Positions 1 to 13,170 of a stretch of DNA of 64,000 bases are shown here, piece by piece. The stretch comes from Antedon mediterranea. Lineage: Eukaryota; Animalia; Echinodermata. The notes beneath the pieces were generated by a model, which was not told the DNA's origin, searched no databases, and saw nothing but the letters and a program-made list of their open reading frames with translations. The first letter of the stretch is position 1. Each line of letters starts with the position of its first letter. A program made the position numbers and the translations under genes. The stretch lies in NCBI RefSeq assembly GCF_964355755.1, contig NC_092672.1:28898437-28962436 (forward strand), read 5' to 3'.

Positions 1-57
1 TTGAATAAAACTAGCTTTGTGAATTGAAGCTTGAGAATTGGCACGCTGAATATGTTT

Positions 58-720
58 AAGTGTATAAGTTTTATTCGATGTACACAAAGCCCATTGGAGA
101 CATCGTTCGGCGACATGGACTCGGCTACCAGTTGTATGCGGACGATACGCAAATGTACGTTTCTTTTCGCCCAAATGACAAGTCAGAAATACAATCTGCT
201 CTAATTTCGATGGAAAAATGTGTTTCAGATGTCAAGGTATGGATGACCCAAAACATACTGAAATTAAATGAAGGAAAAACGGAAGTGATACTCTTTTCGT
301 CGCGGTACAATAAGACCAGTATAAATTTGGACGTGAATGTCTGAAACATAGTTCTAAAACCAACGTCGACTGTGAGAGACCTCGGAGTAATATTCGACAA
401 ACATCTTACTATGGATTCACATGTACGTACAATCGATCTCGAGGCAGTGTTATATGCACTTACGTAACATCTCTCATATCCGACGTCATCTAACATATGA
501 TGCCACGAAATCATTGATACAGTCGCTGGTGATCTCTCGTATGGACTATTGTAACGCCTTACTTTATGGTCTGCCGACTACAACTATTGATAAATTACAA
601 AAAGTCCAGAATACGGCAGCGCGAATAATTACGAAAACCTGTAAATATGACCACATTACACCTATTTTAAAGGAGCTCCATTGGCTACCGGTGCAGGCAC
701 GCATAAAGTATAAGTTACAA
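58..720 (+). mobile_element. L2/CR1-group LINE, frameshifted 3' RT fragment
   Basis: LYADDTQMY catalytic motif, LKLNEGKTEVI, then SRMDYCNALLYGLP..KLQKVQNTAAR..HITPILKELHWLP, typical of L2 ORF2 C-termini; broken by a stop and frameshift. Confidence 0.9.
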
Positions 721-744
721 CTACCAAAAAAAAAGAAGGGAAGA

Positions 745-1790
745 TAGGGGCTGGGGAAAATTTTTTATCGGAGGTCAAAGTTCATTGACCGTTGCCAAAT
801 AGCTATAATTCTTGTATGAATCATATTTCGATGGTATCTAAGTAAAATTGGTGTCAAAATGTGCAGAATTAAAAAAAGGAATAACACTTAAAATAGAAGT
901 CATGTCTTTGGATCAAATCTTGACCACTAAAAATTAGGTCAAAGGTCAAAAAGTCAAATTTTCTACATAAAATGGCATATAATTGATATTTCAGCAACAT
1001 ATAATGATATATTGATGTTAAAATATGCAGAAAAAAAGGAAGAAAACTTGGAACAAAAACAAACAACTTAAAAAATGAGGTCAAAGGTCAAAAGTATTTA
1101 TTTTATCATGAACATGCTATTATTAGTGATTGTTTTTTTTTTAAATTAACAAAAATCCCCAAAACATTAACTTTGACTTATTAAGGCGTACATGCTGTCA
1201 AAACGCACAGAATAAATGGGTCAAATTAAATTTGACAATGACCCTAAACCAAGTCTTGACCACCAAATACAAGGTCAAGATAATACTGATAATAACTTAC
1301 AGTAACTATCACCAAAACAAAATAAATTAATAATTATAGTGCTTCCTCTTCATCGTTGTCAATTAGTTCTTCTGCATCTGTGTTCTCCTTTCCATTCTCG
1401 CAATGTCCACTGCACACACCACATGCAGATACACATAACATGCCAGCTTTCATGCAGCTGCATCTCTCATGGTTTGGCATTTGCCTTTCGCCTTTCTTGC
1501 AACTGCAGCAGATTCCTTTGAGAAGGTTGTCTGGCGCAATACCACAAGAGAGCATCTTAGGTTTAAGTTTTCTGTTGAATTCTAATTCCCATCCTCTTCC
1601 TTTTGGTTCAAGAACCGAGGTGTTCAGATGCCTCCATATTCCAACTTGAAGATTGAAGATACAAGTTAGTACAGTCGATAGGTCTACGATAACACAGCAA
1701 AATCAAAATATCAGTGTCCTGGGCGACAACAACAACTGGGGAATTAACACCTACGACCAAATCCATTGCAGATCTAACAATCAGTGTGTC
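745..1790 (-). mobile_element. Academ-like DNA transposon 3' remnant
   Basis: Minus strand reads DTLIVRSA..VVVVAQDTDILILL (XPG/PIN-like, ~1690-1790) and a Cys-rich tail CCSCKKG..RCSC..CVSACGVCSGHCEN (1334-1555); candidate TAG terminus at 745. Confidence 0.65.
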
Positions 1791-2065
1791 ACCAGAAGGT
1801 TTCTCTGGACTTCAGTGTCACACTGGACCTGACTGTGTCATGTGATAGAGAAGTATTCCTGGCAAATGAGAAGAACAAAGGAGCCTTAATCACGATGACA
1901 TCTACAAAGATGGCAAGACAGCATATCACTGTACGCCAAGCACAGGATGAATATTAAAGGGACACATGTGAATCAACAAAGTGTCCCCTGAATATAGCGA
2001 ATGACGGTAGTGTTAAAACATACCACTCGTTCGTTTCACGGAAGAAAAGTGTTACCCTGAAAAAG

Positions 2066-3070
2066 CTATATTATTATAAGTGAGAGAGTTTGTACGTCTG
2101 TTTGTTTGTTCGTTATACACATTTTTGTTACTGCACGTAACCTTACATATGGGGTATCAAAATGACCGGAATTGTACCGGGAAGGTACTACATTTCAACA
2201 TCATCCGCCATCTAGGATCCAAGTTAGGGACCAAATGTGGTCAAAATGGCACACTTTCCCCCACTTTTGATGTTTGTTCGTTATACAAATTTCTGTTTCT
2301 GCACGTAACCACACATTATGGAGTATCAAAATGATCGCAATTGTACCCGGAAGGTTTTAAACTACATTTCAAAATTTCCCCCGAGTCCTGGGGTTTTTGT
2401 GGGAGGAGGAGGGGGGGGGGGGGGAGAGTGGTTTGTGATATCATTTGAATAGCATTTTTGATTGGGCTCGGGGTTGTAGGCTATCGAATTGTAAAATTAT
2501 ACTACAAAAGTTTTACAGTATTTGAATTATCCTCAGGAAGGCGTTTGGGAAAATAAAGATATAGATAGGCCTATACATATTTTAGTCAGTAAACAATATG
2601 ACACCTATTCATTTACACATTTAGCAAGTACTTTAACCATATCCAGCTATGTATTGTTCTCTTGGATTGTCTCATTACAGACATCCATTCCTGTGTGAAC
2701 ATATACACGTTCTTTACTGTTACTGTGTTCTACTACTATTTGAACATCATCCGCCATCTAGGAGCCAAAATGTGGTCAAAATGGCCAACTTTCGATGTTT
2801 GTTCATTATACAAATTTCTGTTTCCATACATATGGGGTATCAAAATGATCGCAATTGTACCGGGAAGGTTTTAAACTACATTAAAAAAAGTCCGAGGATT
2901 TGGTGGGAGAGGGAGTTGGGAGATTGGATGTGGTAGTTGGGGTTCAGAAGATAGTGGGGATGAAAACTGCCACTGAGGGATTATGGGTTGGGAGTGATGG
3001 CTAACATAATTTTTACTGGAACATTCTTACACACATCACCCAGTATATATGGTGTGTTTAAAATTGCTAG
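2066..3070 (+). mobile_element. Non-autonomous Helitron-like element
   Basis: Starts CTATATTATTATAAG..GTCTGTTTGTTTG, has three internal repeats of ATCAAAATGA..AATTGTACC..GAAGG, ends in an imperfect hairpin plus CTAG followed by T; related unit at ~54690-54830. Confidence 0.6.
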
Positions 3071-5149
3071 TATTCACTAATAGCGACAGGATCAGGCTTT
3101 CCAGAATCAATATTACTTTGAATAACTCTAAATACGATAAGTTTAGGCCGAATATGTTGCAGGAGAAAACGTTCATTGCTACTTTACCGCTAATTTCCAA
3201 TTAGCCTATAGTTTGTTATATTATGTTGAATAAATTTCAGTATAAATTAGGCCTAGTACATTCATGACACTGATCTACTAAATTCTAATTTATGAAAATT
3301 TGTTTTCTAAATGCTTATGAGTGAATTATCACTTATGAAGGCCAAAACAATAGCCTCCGTGTACAATGTTAGGCGAAATATGAACATTTAGTTTTGATTA
3401 TTAGCATACAGAACCTCTGTAGGCCTCATTCGCGGATTAATATTAAACACGTTCTTACTTGATTTGAACATGGAGGATGATTGTGTTCGTGTTCACTACC
3501 ATGAGGCGAATACAATACAATTATTGATATGCGATGTGCTTTCATACAATAAACCTATCATACTGTGTATCACATTGTGTTTAATACATAGCAATGTGAA
3601 ATGCCAGTTGTAGACCTACTACTCTACACAAAGGTACGGAGATTGTTAGTTTTGTCTGATGACGATTTCTGTATGAAGAATACCAAGTATGATCATTTTT
3701 AATTGACATATCGTCAAATAGGCCTACTGTCGTATAATGTAACTATAAATATACCTCAGATTATGTGCTGACTTTTACGTTCGGGTTGAACTAATTTCGT
3801 AAAGTAAAGGCAATAATAAGGCCAGGGAGAGGTAAAAATAAATTTATTTTACATCTCCCTGGTAATAAACTACAATACAACGTAGGCCTACTGAAATAGT
3901 TCATTTGGGCATATTATTACTAAGATCTTTTTAACTGTTGCATTGCAATAATAATGTTTTTAATATCTACTATAAATCGTTAGCTTTTAAAAAAATTGAT
4001 TTGGCTCTATTTTCATTACTACCCGCTTTTTTTTCTCGGATCAATAAATCAGCCACTCCTATTGTATTGTATATTATTAAGCTTCATTCGCGGATTGATA
4101 TCAAACAATTATAATAATCGTTCGATATAATCTACCATGAAAGAAACGAATAAAATGAAATTATTGATGTGTGATGTGCTTTCATACAATATAGGCTTAA
4201 CATATTAATGTGTATTATCTGTGAGTTTACAGAAGAAACTGTAGTTTAGTTAAAGATAGGCCTAATTGTCTAAATAATCTACACTAATCATGGCTTCTAA
4301 TTATTACTATACACATACGAGTTAAGTTATGTTTGTCTGACTTAGGTACGTATACAAGATTCACTTTTAATGTTAAAACCCTAATCATACCAACGTCGAG
4401 AAAATCCGACAACCGAAAACGTCATCCAGCCACCAATTCGATGATAAATAATGTTCGCTATTGATAATTTTTATTGTAAATATACGGTTTCACAGGAGTA
4501 TAGTCATTTTAATGTTCTGTCTTTTAAAATTTGTAACGATTGTAACTTGTTTGTAACGATTTAATGTTTATGTTTGAATAATTCCATTTCTAAATTACTG
4601 AGTTAAAACTGTACTTATTACTTATTTATATTTTAGCCTTTTAATTTAGGCCTTTCCATTGGATTTTTTATTCAAGTGATCCCTTCTATTTGCATACCTA
4701 ACACATTGTTAAAATGTTATTAATAATCTAAGACACTGTGAAACAGAGTAGGTTTAGTTTTACGAATACCAAGCATTTTCAATAATGGTAACCGCCAGAA
4801 AACGTACAAGGAGAACGTCCTTCTAAAACCTTTTTACCCGAGTCATTATCATTCCGAGAACCATCGTCTACACTTCCTAGAGGGGGAGCGAGCGAAGCGA
4901 GCTCACCCTCCAGTATCTAATAATTACAATATTAGAAAAAAAATGTAACCGAAAGAATAAGATTATGGCCCGTGGCTATGTATTAGGTGTATAAAACATT
5001 TTTAATCTGAAACCCATGATAAAAGAACATTTTTTACATGTGTAGCTTAATTAAAATACAGTTTTTGTTTACAAAATAATAGTATATTTGTCTATATTTG
5101 TCATCGCGTTGAACTTGTTCGGACTCCATTAGTAATACGTCTACATTTT

Positions 5150-7340
5150 ATTTTATTCAACATTGCTTGTGGAAGTTCTTCTTGAGTGTGTCCTGTATCT
5201 GCGACGAGCTGGTCAATGTAGTTTGTGTGTGGTCTTCCAATGCCTCTAGTGCCTCTGGAGTCCAGAGAAGTAAGTCTGATAACAGCTCATCTTTGCTTCT
5301 CTATGAAGCAGCAGCAAACCTGACTCTTCATTCTCTGATTACTTCACTGATTTGTACTAGCTTGGTTTGTTAGATGGTCTTTCCAAGATACATTCAATGC
5401 AGCCCTTAACATCCGGGTATAAGTGCCACTTAGCGTATTTTCGAGTTTCTTGGTGAGTGTCCGTGTTGTTGATCCGTACAGTAATAACAACTCCACCGTG
5501 GCTCGGAAGAAGCTCTTCTTTATGGTTTTGCTCAGATTGGATTTCCAGATGATATTTAAACGTCTCAAAGCAGACCAAGCTTTGCCAATATAGGCCTATG
5601 GATATTAACATCATTTTCAGTGGAGGCGATGGCGCTGCTGATAATCTGGCCTTGGCAGTTAATGGCCCTGTACTCGGTTTTCTTTGCATTGATGTTTAGT
5701 CCCACTTCCAGTGCTGCTTCTTCTAATGCATGGAGCAGGACTGTTGCTCCTTCAACGGTGCCTGAGAATATGGCCAAGTCGTAAGGATAATCTGGATTAG
5801 TTATGTTGGAAGCAGGATGTCTCTGGCTGAGTCGAGACTTTAACAACAAACCGTGGTCATTTAGTTGGTCTATAGATGTTTGAAGTACATAGTCCAGGCA
5901 GATGAAGAAAAGTAATGGAGCGATAGTATCGACTTGCAGCACGCCAGCTACAATTTCAAAGAATTCAGTGTCCCCATCTGGTGACCGGACCATAGATTTT
6001 GCGTTGTTGTACTATATCATGATGGCATTTACTATTTTAGGTGGAATACCGTATGCTAAAAGGATTAATTTCATTTTGCCTCAAATACAGAATCAAATGC
6101 TTTGGAAAAATCCACAAAGAGCATCACGGCTGATATGTTTTTGTCTCAAACTCCTTCTAGGATTCTCCTGACTGTTAGAATTTGTGCAGATGCTGATCGT
6201 CTTTGACGGAAGCCGTTTTGGTTTTTGCGGAGGATTTGTTCAGTCCAGTGTTGAATTCTGTTCAACAGCACCAGATTGTATATGTTTGCTGCAATCGATG
6301 TTAATGTGATACCTCTATAGTTTTTTGCTTTTCCGAGATCTCCCTTTTTAGGGAAAGGGAGAATGCAACCTCTTGTCCACGCCTCAATCGGATCTATATT
6401 GATAAACATTATTACAGAACTGTAGTAGAACATCGTTAAAACATTTTGTTTTCCATGCTTCAGTTGGAATTCCATCAATTCCTGGGGATTTTCCATTTTT
6501 TATTTTTTTTTTGACAAGGATTTGTTAAGTTCATTTTCGTCGAAAGGACCCGTTTTAATGTTAGTGTTTTCTCCTTCATGAATGGGTTGGACTACCGTAC
6601 TGTTTTAATTGAAACATTTGTTGCTTTTCTAAGAAGATTCTGAAAGTGTCCTTTCCATTTATTTAGCCTATCCTGTTGGCTCGTAGCTTTAAGTTTTGCT
6701 TGACAAGTTCTTTTTCTGCCAGTTATTTCTGCCATGCAATAAATTATTGCATATTTTCATAGCAATGGTTTATTAAGTCAATTTTTCTTTTGGCAAAATC
6801 TTTCATTTCGGCATCGTATAGGCGGCATAATTCAATTTTGTTGTTGTAATTTGTAATATTGCTGACTGTCGGTGTAGCCCGTTTTTTGATCGCCGATTCT
6901 TTGACTTTGATTCGTTGTGTTTCAATAGCAGGTGAGTCCCATGGTACCCTCCTTCGCACACGTGACTTTAGTGGAATGTTATTTTGAGCTGCTTCTTGAT
7001 GAGCTTTCACAAAGTTGTTGTAACATGCATTAGTACTCGTTTCTTCCGACTCATGCTGTAGTGCTTCAAAACGGTTTCTCAGATTGATTTGGTATTTATC
7101 TCGGACAGTCTTATTGCATGTTAGTGCGCTCCATAGAAAAGGGGGATTTGCTTTTGACTTCTTTTTGTTTGCTCTCAGACTGATGTTGCAAGAGACGATA
7201 CGATGATCAGACGATACGGTTGAAAAGCTGCTGTAAGCTTCACAATTTATGCAGCTGTTTATCCATTTTCGATTTAACAAAATGTAATTGAGTTGTGCTT
7301 TGTGACCATTGGCATACTCGAATGTCCAAAGTTTTCCAAT
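5150..7340 (-). mobile_element. RTE-group LINE, decayed (endonuclease end plus RT)
   Basis: SDHRIV endonuclease end, PKKGDL..NYRGITLTS, QNGFR, GVLQxDTIAPLLF, GLNINAKKTE; many frameshifts. Confidence 0.88.
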
Positions 7341-7639
7341 TATACTAGTTGATAAATGTCCGGCACAAAAATATTTATAAAAGACGCAGTACAGGGTCTT
7401 TTTTACTAACTAAATTACTTAAATCAAACACCATTTACGAAAATTTCTCTTAATTATTAAATTACTTTTAATATTGTTTATATTTAAGTAAGTTAATTAG
7501 TAAGTTGTTGTTGACCCTGTCCTGCATCTTTTACAAATATGTTGTGCAAGATGTAATTCAATGTATATTGGAGAAACGTGTCGACATTTATCAAGTACAT
7601 CAATATCTAGTCCTTTACAAGTCTTCTTACATTTTCAAC

Positions 7640-8040
7640 ATTTAAAAACTGCAGGATAATCTCAGAAAAAATCATTTCAAATGTTTTTTTCACAATTCTA
7701 AACTTTGAAAAATACACATTATCTCGGTCGTCCGTACAAATTGAATTAAAGGAAGCTTTGCACATCAAAATTTGGGAAATCAAACAATTGTCGCAGAATT
7801 CATCATGCTTGTATTTAGTTTTGAAGTTTTTGAATACGCTTGGACCTATACAAATGTCTGCTGTTATCTGCAAGGATAATAAGGAATTTGAATACCAATG
7901 CAGGTTCCCTAAATAAGTACTAAAAAAGTTACTAATAACAATAATTGAATCAAAAGAAGCTTTAAACATCAATTTGGAAAAATTGTTCCATTTAATATTA
8001 CTTTGTATTTAGTTTTGAAGTTTTTGAATACGTTTATAGC
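7640..8040 (+). mobile_element. Penelope-like GIY-YIG C-terminal remnants, tandemly duplicated
   Basis: ELKEALHIK-like reading at ~7742 and a second copy at ~7945 with the same downstream sequence. Confidence 0.4.
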
Positions 8041-8149
8041 GAAGTTACGCCCGTTGTCAGCTGTAATAATAATTACAAATATTGCATCACTGCATTTAGA
8101 TACCGGTGTAAAGTTACTATATCAGTCAAAATTTACTATGGAGACAACA

Positions 8150-9570
8150 TTGGAGAGAATTTCATCCGTTATCCAGTGAGTCTGTGTGAGTTCCAGTAGC
8201 TGATCTAGATTTTCTTTTTAGATACCTCTCTTCATTTTCCATACGATATCTTTCTTCGCTGTGTACAAGTCCTGCCTAATACAGTCTTTCCATGATTTTT
8301 TCCAGGTGTTAACATTGATGTCCATTGCCTTTAAGTCTCTTTTACATGCATCTTTGAAACACAAAAGTGGACGTCCTTTGGACGTCCTTTGGATCTTTTA
8401 CAATTTGCTAGCTCACCGTACAACATAACCTTTGGAGTTCTTGTATCATCCATTCTTCTGACATGACCAAGCCATCGTAGTCTTCGCTGTCGAATTAATG
8501 TAAACATCGAAGGAATGCCACATCTATCAAGGATACTGTTGTTTGTTACCCTGTCTTGTCATCTGATATTTAAGATAGTCAGTAGACAGCGGAGGTGAAA
8601 TACATGTAGTTTCTTTTCTTGTCTAGCATAGGTTGTCCACGATTCAGCTCCATACAAGAGGACACTAATGACACATGCCATAAACACTTTGATCTTCACA
8701 GCCACTCAAATATTTATGTTTTCCCAAACACGTACAGACAACTGACTGAGAGTACTAGAAGCTCTTCCGATTTGTTTAGTTCACAATCAAGAGAGTTGTT
8801 ATAAGTTATAACTGAACCAAGGTAAGAAAATTTACTAACATTTTCAAGTAAAAAAATGTTGACAGTAAAATTGTTTTGACCAGTTGTTTTAAACGGTAAA
8901 ATCTTAGTTTTCTTTACACTTATGGTGAGACCAAAGTGTTCACAGGCACATGAACATATATCAAGTAGAAGTTGTAGACCATTAGGAGAATGGTTGCCGA
9001 AACAGGCATCATCTGCATAAAGAACATCACGAAGAAGAACCTTAAATATTGTTGTCTTAGCTTTAAGTCTGGCCGGATTGTACAGCTTGCCAGTAGATCT
9101 ACAATGCAATAAACTCCTTCCATAAGATTCAAAGGTTCAAAAGCTCTTTGGAAGACGACTGCAAAGTAAATCCCAAAAAGAAGAGGGGCAAGAACATCTC
9201 CTTGTTTTGTCCCATTCTCGACATCAAATGGGTCAGACACTGCTCCATTGTACTTTACAGTAGCTTGCATTCCTTGATGGAAAGATCGGATAATATTTAA
9301 TAGAGTAGGTGGACATCCAATTTTCCTTAGGATTTCAAATAGACAGTCTAAGGTCAAAAGCCTTAGAGATCGATAAATGACAGGTAGAGTTGCTGTTTTA
9401 GCACAACATATTTTTTCTGCAGTTGTCTAATAGAGAAAATCATATCAATGGTAGATCTTCAAGAGCGAAAACCACACTGAGACTCTAGATATACCCTTTC
9501 CGCTAAAGGCAGCAGACGTTGTAGAACTACTTTTACAAATACTTTTCCATATAGATATTGAGCAGAGAAA
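8150..9570 (-). mobile_element. RTE/BovB-like LINE RT fragment
   Basis: GTKQGDVLAPLLFGIYF, GKLYNPARLKAKT, LYADD, FGLTISVKKTK, FSYLGS; frameshifted. Confidence 0.9.
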
Positions 9571-9922
9571 TGCCGCGATAATTATCACAGCAACCACGAT
9601 CACCTTTATTCTTGTACAGAGTGAAAATGGACGCATTCTTGAAATCCTGTGGAACTTTACCAAGAGACCAACAGAGACTAATAAGCTCATACAGATGATG
9701 TCTATAAATATAATTAAGTTTAATTATGTCTGGATATTTATCAATAAGAATGACGTGACATTAAACTCGAGCTATAAAATGTTTAGATTATTTACGTATT
9801 ACCAACTTTTATAAATAATATATAGGTCCATGTTAAAACAATGACACTAATCCAGCTGTACCATGATACTGACAAATTTGAATGATTAATTCTCTTTTCC
9901 ATCAGAAACAAAAGGCGCTTAA

Positions 9923-10436
9923 ATGGCAGCGTCTGAAGTTAATCCAGAGTTTACCAAATTGAAGTCTGATCTTGGTAGATACTTTGACGGTGACCGGTTG
10001 CTGTGGTTGAAGTTCATACTATTTGATCTTTTACATATAGGAGACCTTACAAAACCAAATGCCATTGGAAATGATTTTTTCAATGAACTACATGTCACCG
10101 GGAAAGTTACACATAGTAATGTTAACATTTTATTAGAGATTGCTCAATTATCTGAATTGAAAGTAGCAGAAGAGCTTGTACTCCAGTATATTAGAGATAA
10201 TAAAGCTGAAAATACAGAAGAAAAAAGAATATCACCACGTCGAAAATTCACGGTTAAGAGGTTGCGAAATGTTGATCCAGATGCGTTAAAGAGGGTTATT
10301 GCTTACTATGATCTGGCAAGATATAATCACACCAACATTTGGGATGTGGTCTTTGCATTGGAGAAGAACCAACGTTTATCAAATGAACCGGACAAAAAAG
10401 ATGTATTTGACGATATTCTTAGACAAATCGTACATG
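9923..10436 (+). CDS. NLR gene coding exon 1: two death-effector-domain (DED)-like folds
   Basis: Acceptor ttttccatcag ending 9905, ATG 9923, DED-like pattern (LKFILFD..DFFNEL..G..NVNILLEI..VLQY) plus a second weaker copy; phase-1 donor G|GTAAG at 10437. Confidence 0.8.
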
Positions 10437-11405
10437 GTAAGAATGGACTACCGTTTTAAGTATTATTATATTTAAAATTATTTGTAATTTCCTAACATTT
10501 ACATTGTGTTTGTTTGGTTAATGCAATAATACAATTAAATTGTATTTGAATAAATTGCAATTCCTGATACTGTGATATTACAAATTTTGGGGAAATTACT
10601 ATGGTAGACTTTGGACTTTGTAAGATAATAATGTAATTCCTATTAATACTAACAAACACAATTGTATAAGAAAATCTTCCCATTCTAAATTTGCCACAAT
10701 ATCAAGATAAACAAAGTAACTTGAATGTTTATTTTACATTTTTAGTAACAATAGCAATTATACACTATTCTCAGTATTTGGCGTATCTCGTGACACAGCG
10801 TCACATGTATCACATTCACTGTACCTACAAACCTTAAACTGAACATAACATTCACATGTTTTAGGTTGTATCACATAATATTCTAGTAGTATGGTACTGG
10901 AAATATGTTGTACTCTGTGGACATACTAAAAGTACCGTTTTTCAATAATATTATAAGAACACATGGCAAGTGAAAGTTCAAAATTATAACATTATTTTAA
11001 AATCATTTTTCGGTACACTCAAATGAGTAACCCAGTATTGGAGTTCTACAAAATGCACTATATAATATAACTTGACTTTTTCTCTGCAGATATGCCATAT
11101 AGACCAGCAACAACGCTCCATGGTGATAAACATAGTATGTATACTATTTATGACTTCTTTTTTGCACTTTTTCCAGCTTATCATTACCACTCTTACTCCT
11201 GTCCGCAAATACAGGGCAGACAATTTAGAAAACGTCTAGGCGGTAACCTAAAATGACAACAGTTTACTGGTCTAAATCTTGGATCACTAGAAAAATCGAT
11301 TCAATGTAAGACAAAGTCAAGACAATTACTGTAGTTTCAATTAGTGAATTTGTAAAGTGTCATACTTGTTTTAGTATTTTTAAATAATGTTCCTTTATGT
11401 TATAG

Positions 11406-13170
11406 AAAAAATAGAAGTTTATCTGCTTGATAGACAAGAAATATTCCTTAAAAATACAAAGGATTTTGCACCAGCAACACTGAATCCGAGATACCAGGTC
11501 AACATTTCTGAACTATTTACAAAGTTGGACCTACTCAAACAAAATGAAAATAAAAAAGAGAGTGAGTCAATGACATTAAAAGATGTGTTGGCTATTATCA
11601 AAGCCACACCAGCTTGCAAAGTCATTATAGATGGTGAAGGTGGTATAGGTAAAACAACATTATTAAGGCACATAGCATTTAATGCAGGTACAGATAAATC
11701 ATTTGATGTATTTGAAGGTAAAATTGTCTTCCTTTTAAATGTAAGAGATTTAGAGAAAAGACAAGGAATCTTGGATCTCATTGTAAAGCAACTCGATATG
11801 GAAGATTTTGATTTAAAAACAGACCTTGGAGAAGATTCCAAATTAGTCAAAAAATTTATTGTAACACATGATGATAAAATTGTGTTGTTGTTAGATGGCT
11901 TAGATGAATTAAGATTTAAGAATGAAAGTTTTATTCAGCTTTTTAAAAAAGAACAACTGAAGAATAGTGTGGCAATACTTACATCGCGTACAGAAAACAT
12001 AGATGAATTCATAAATGCTTGCGATGTACATGTAAGAGTTCAAGGTTTTGGCAATCACAGCATTGACAAATATATCTCTAAACATTTTGAGAATTTTGGA
12101 AAACCCGCTTTGGGAAAATCACTTAAAAAAGAACTCGAAATTGATAGAGTGTGTACTAGTAAACATCAAGAAATTAATTCCATGTGCAAAAATCCAATGT
12201 TACTTCTATCGGTTTGTATTATATGGGAAGACAAACAGAATCTTACTCATAATAAATCTGACCTTTTCAAAGAAATATTTCGAAGTATTTTAAATCAGTT
12301 CAATAATAAGCAACAACAGCAGCACAATTTTTTGTCAAAATTTGAGGACGCTCCAGTGGAGTATGTAAATGCCATGATTATGTTAGGAAAGTGCATGTAT
12401 CATAGCTTAAAGATAAATCAGCTTTCAATAAGCAGAACAAATATGACAGGTGATCAAAATATGATTGATATGGCCCTGAAAATGGGATTTGTTTTTGAAG
12501 ATGCACCAATTTCAAAATCTAGCCATGACAAGATATACATGCCTCCACACAAGTTAATAGTTGAGTCATTGGTAGGATTTTATCTATACAAACTATGTGA
12601 AAGTGAAGGTATGAACTCATTACTTGCACCATTGGATGAAAATGAATGGAAAGAAATACGAGAAAATGAGTATTTCAAAATGACAAGAGAGTTTGCAATT
12701 GGGTTTCTTGAATCTGATGCTGCTAAATTCTTAAAGCATTGGATTGCTAATGAGTTATCAGCATATCGATCTATGGGTAGATACTTGGGATTTGTTAAAC
12801 AAGGCCATAGGGATACTGTTGAAAAAGCACTGATTATTCACATGTCCAAAACAACTTCAGAAATACAACATTATTTGGAAGATATTTCAAATTCATTAAG
12901 AATGTTTATTCAGTATGTAAAACGAGACGACAGCATTAATGGTCATTTTATACAGCTTTTGAGAGAATTTCATAACATATCTAGCAGTTATTTGTGCAGT
13001 TTTTTCAAAACAATACCGTCTGATTGTAAAGAAAAGGTTTTTGCACACATTGTAGGTTCTTCAACTTGGTATGATCCAAGTAAGACTTACATTAATGACT
13101 TTGAAATGAATGATTGTAATTTATCAGGTGATGTAATGAATGCTATGATCAGAGGAGGTGAGTTCAGAAA
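11406..13170 (+). CDS. NLR gene exon 2, NACHT NTPase and helical domains
   Basis: Phase-1 acceptor ttatag| joins exon 1 in frame (G|AA); Walker A GEGGIGKTT, Walker B LLLDGLDE, sensor ILTSR, CKNPMLL, PHKLIVE. Confidence 0.93.

Noticed and set aside
1334-1555. Tesmin/CXC-like host gene
   Set aside because: Better explained as the Cys-rich tail of an Academ transposase next to an XPG-like motif
11419-12293. ORFs overlapping the NACHT exon
   Set aside because: Shadow frames with no motifs
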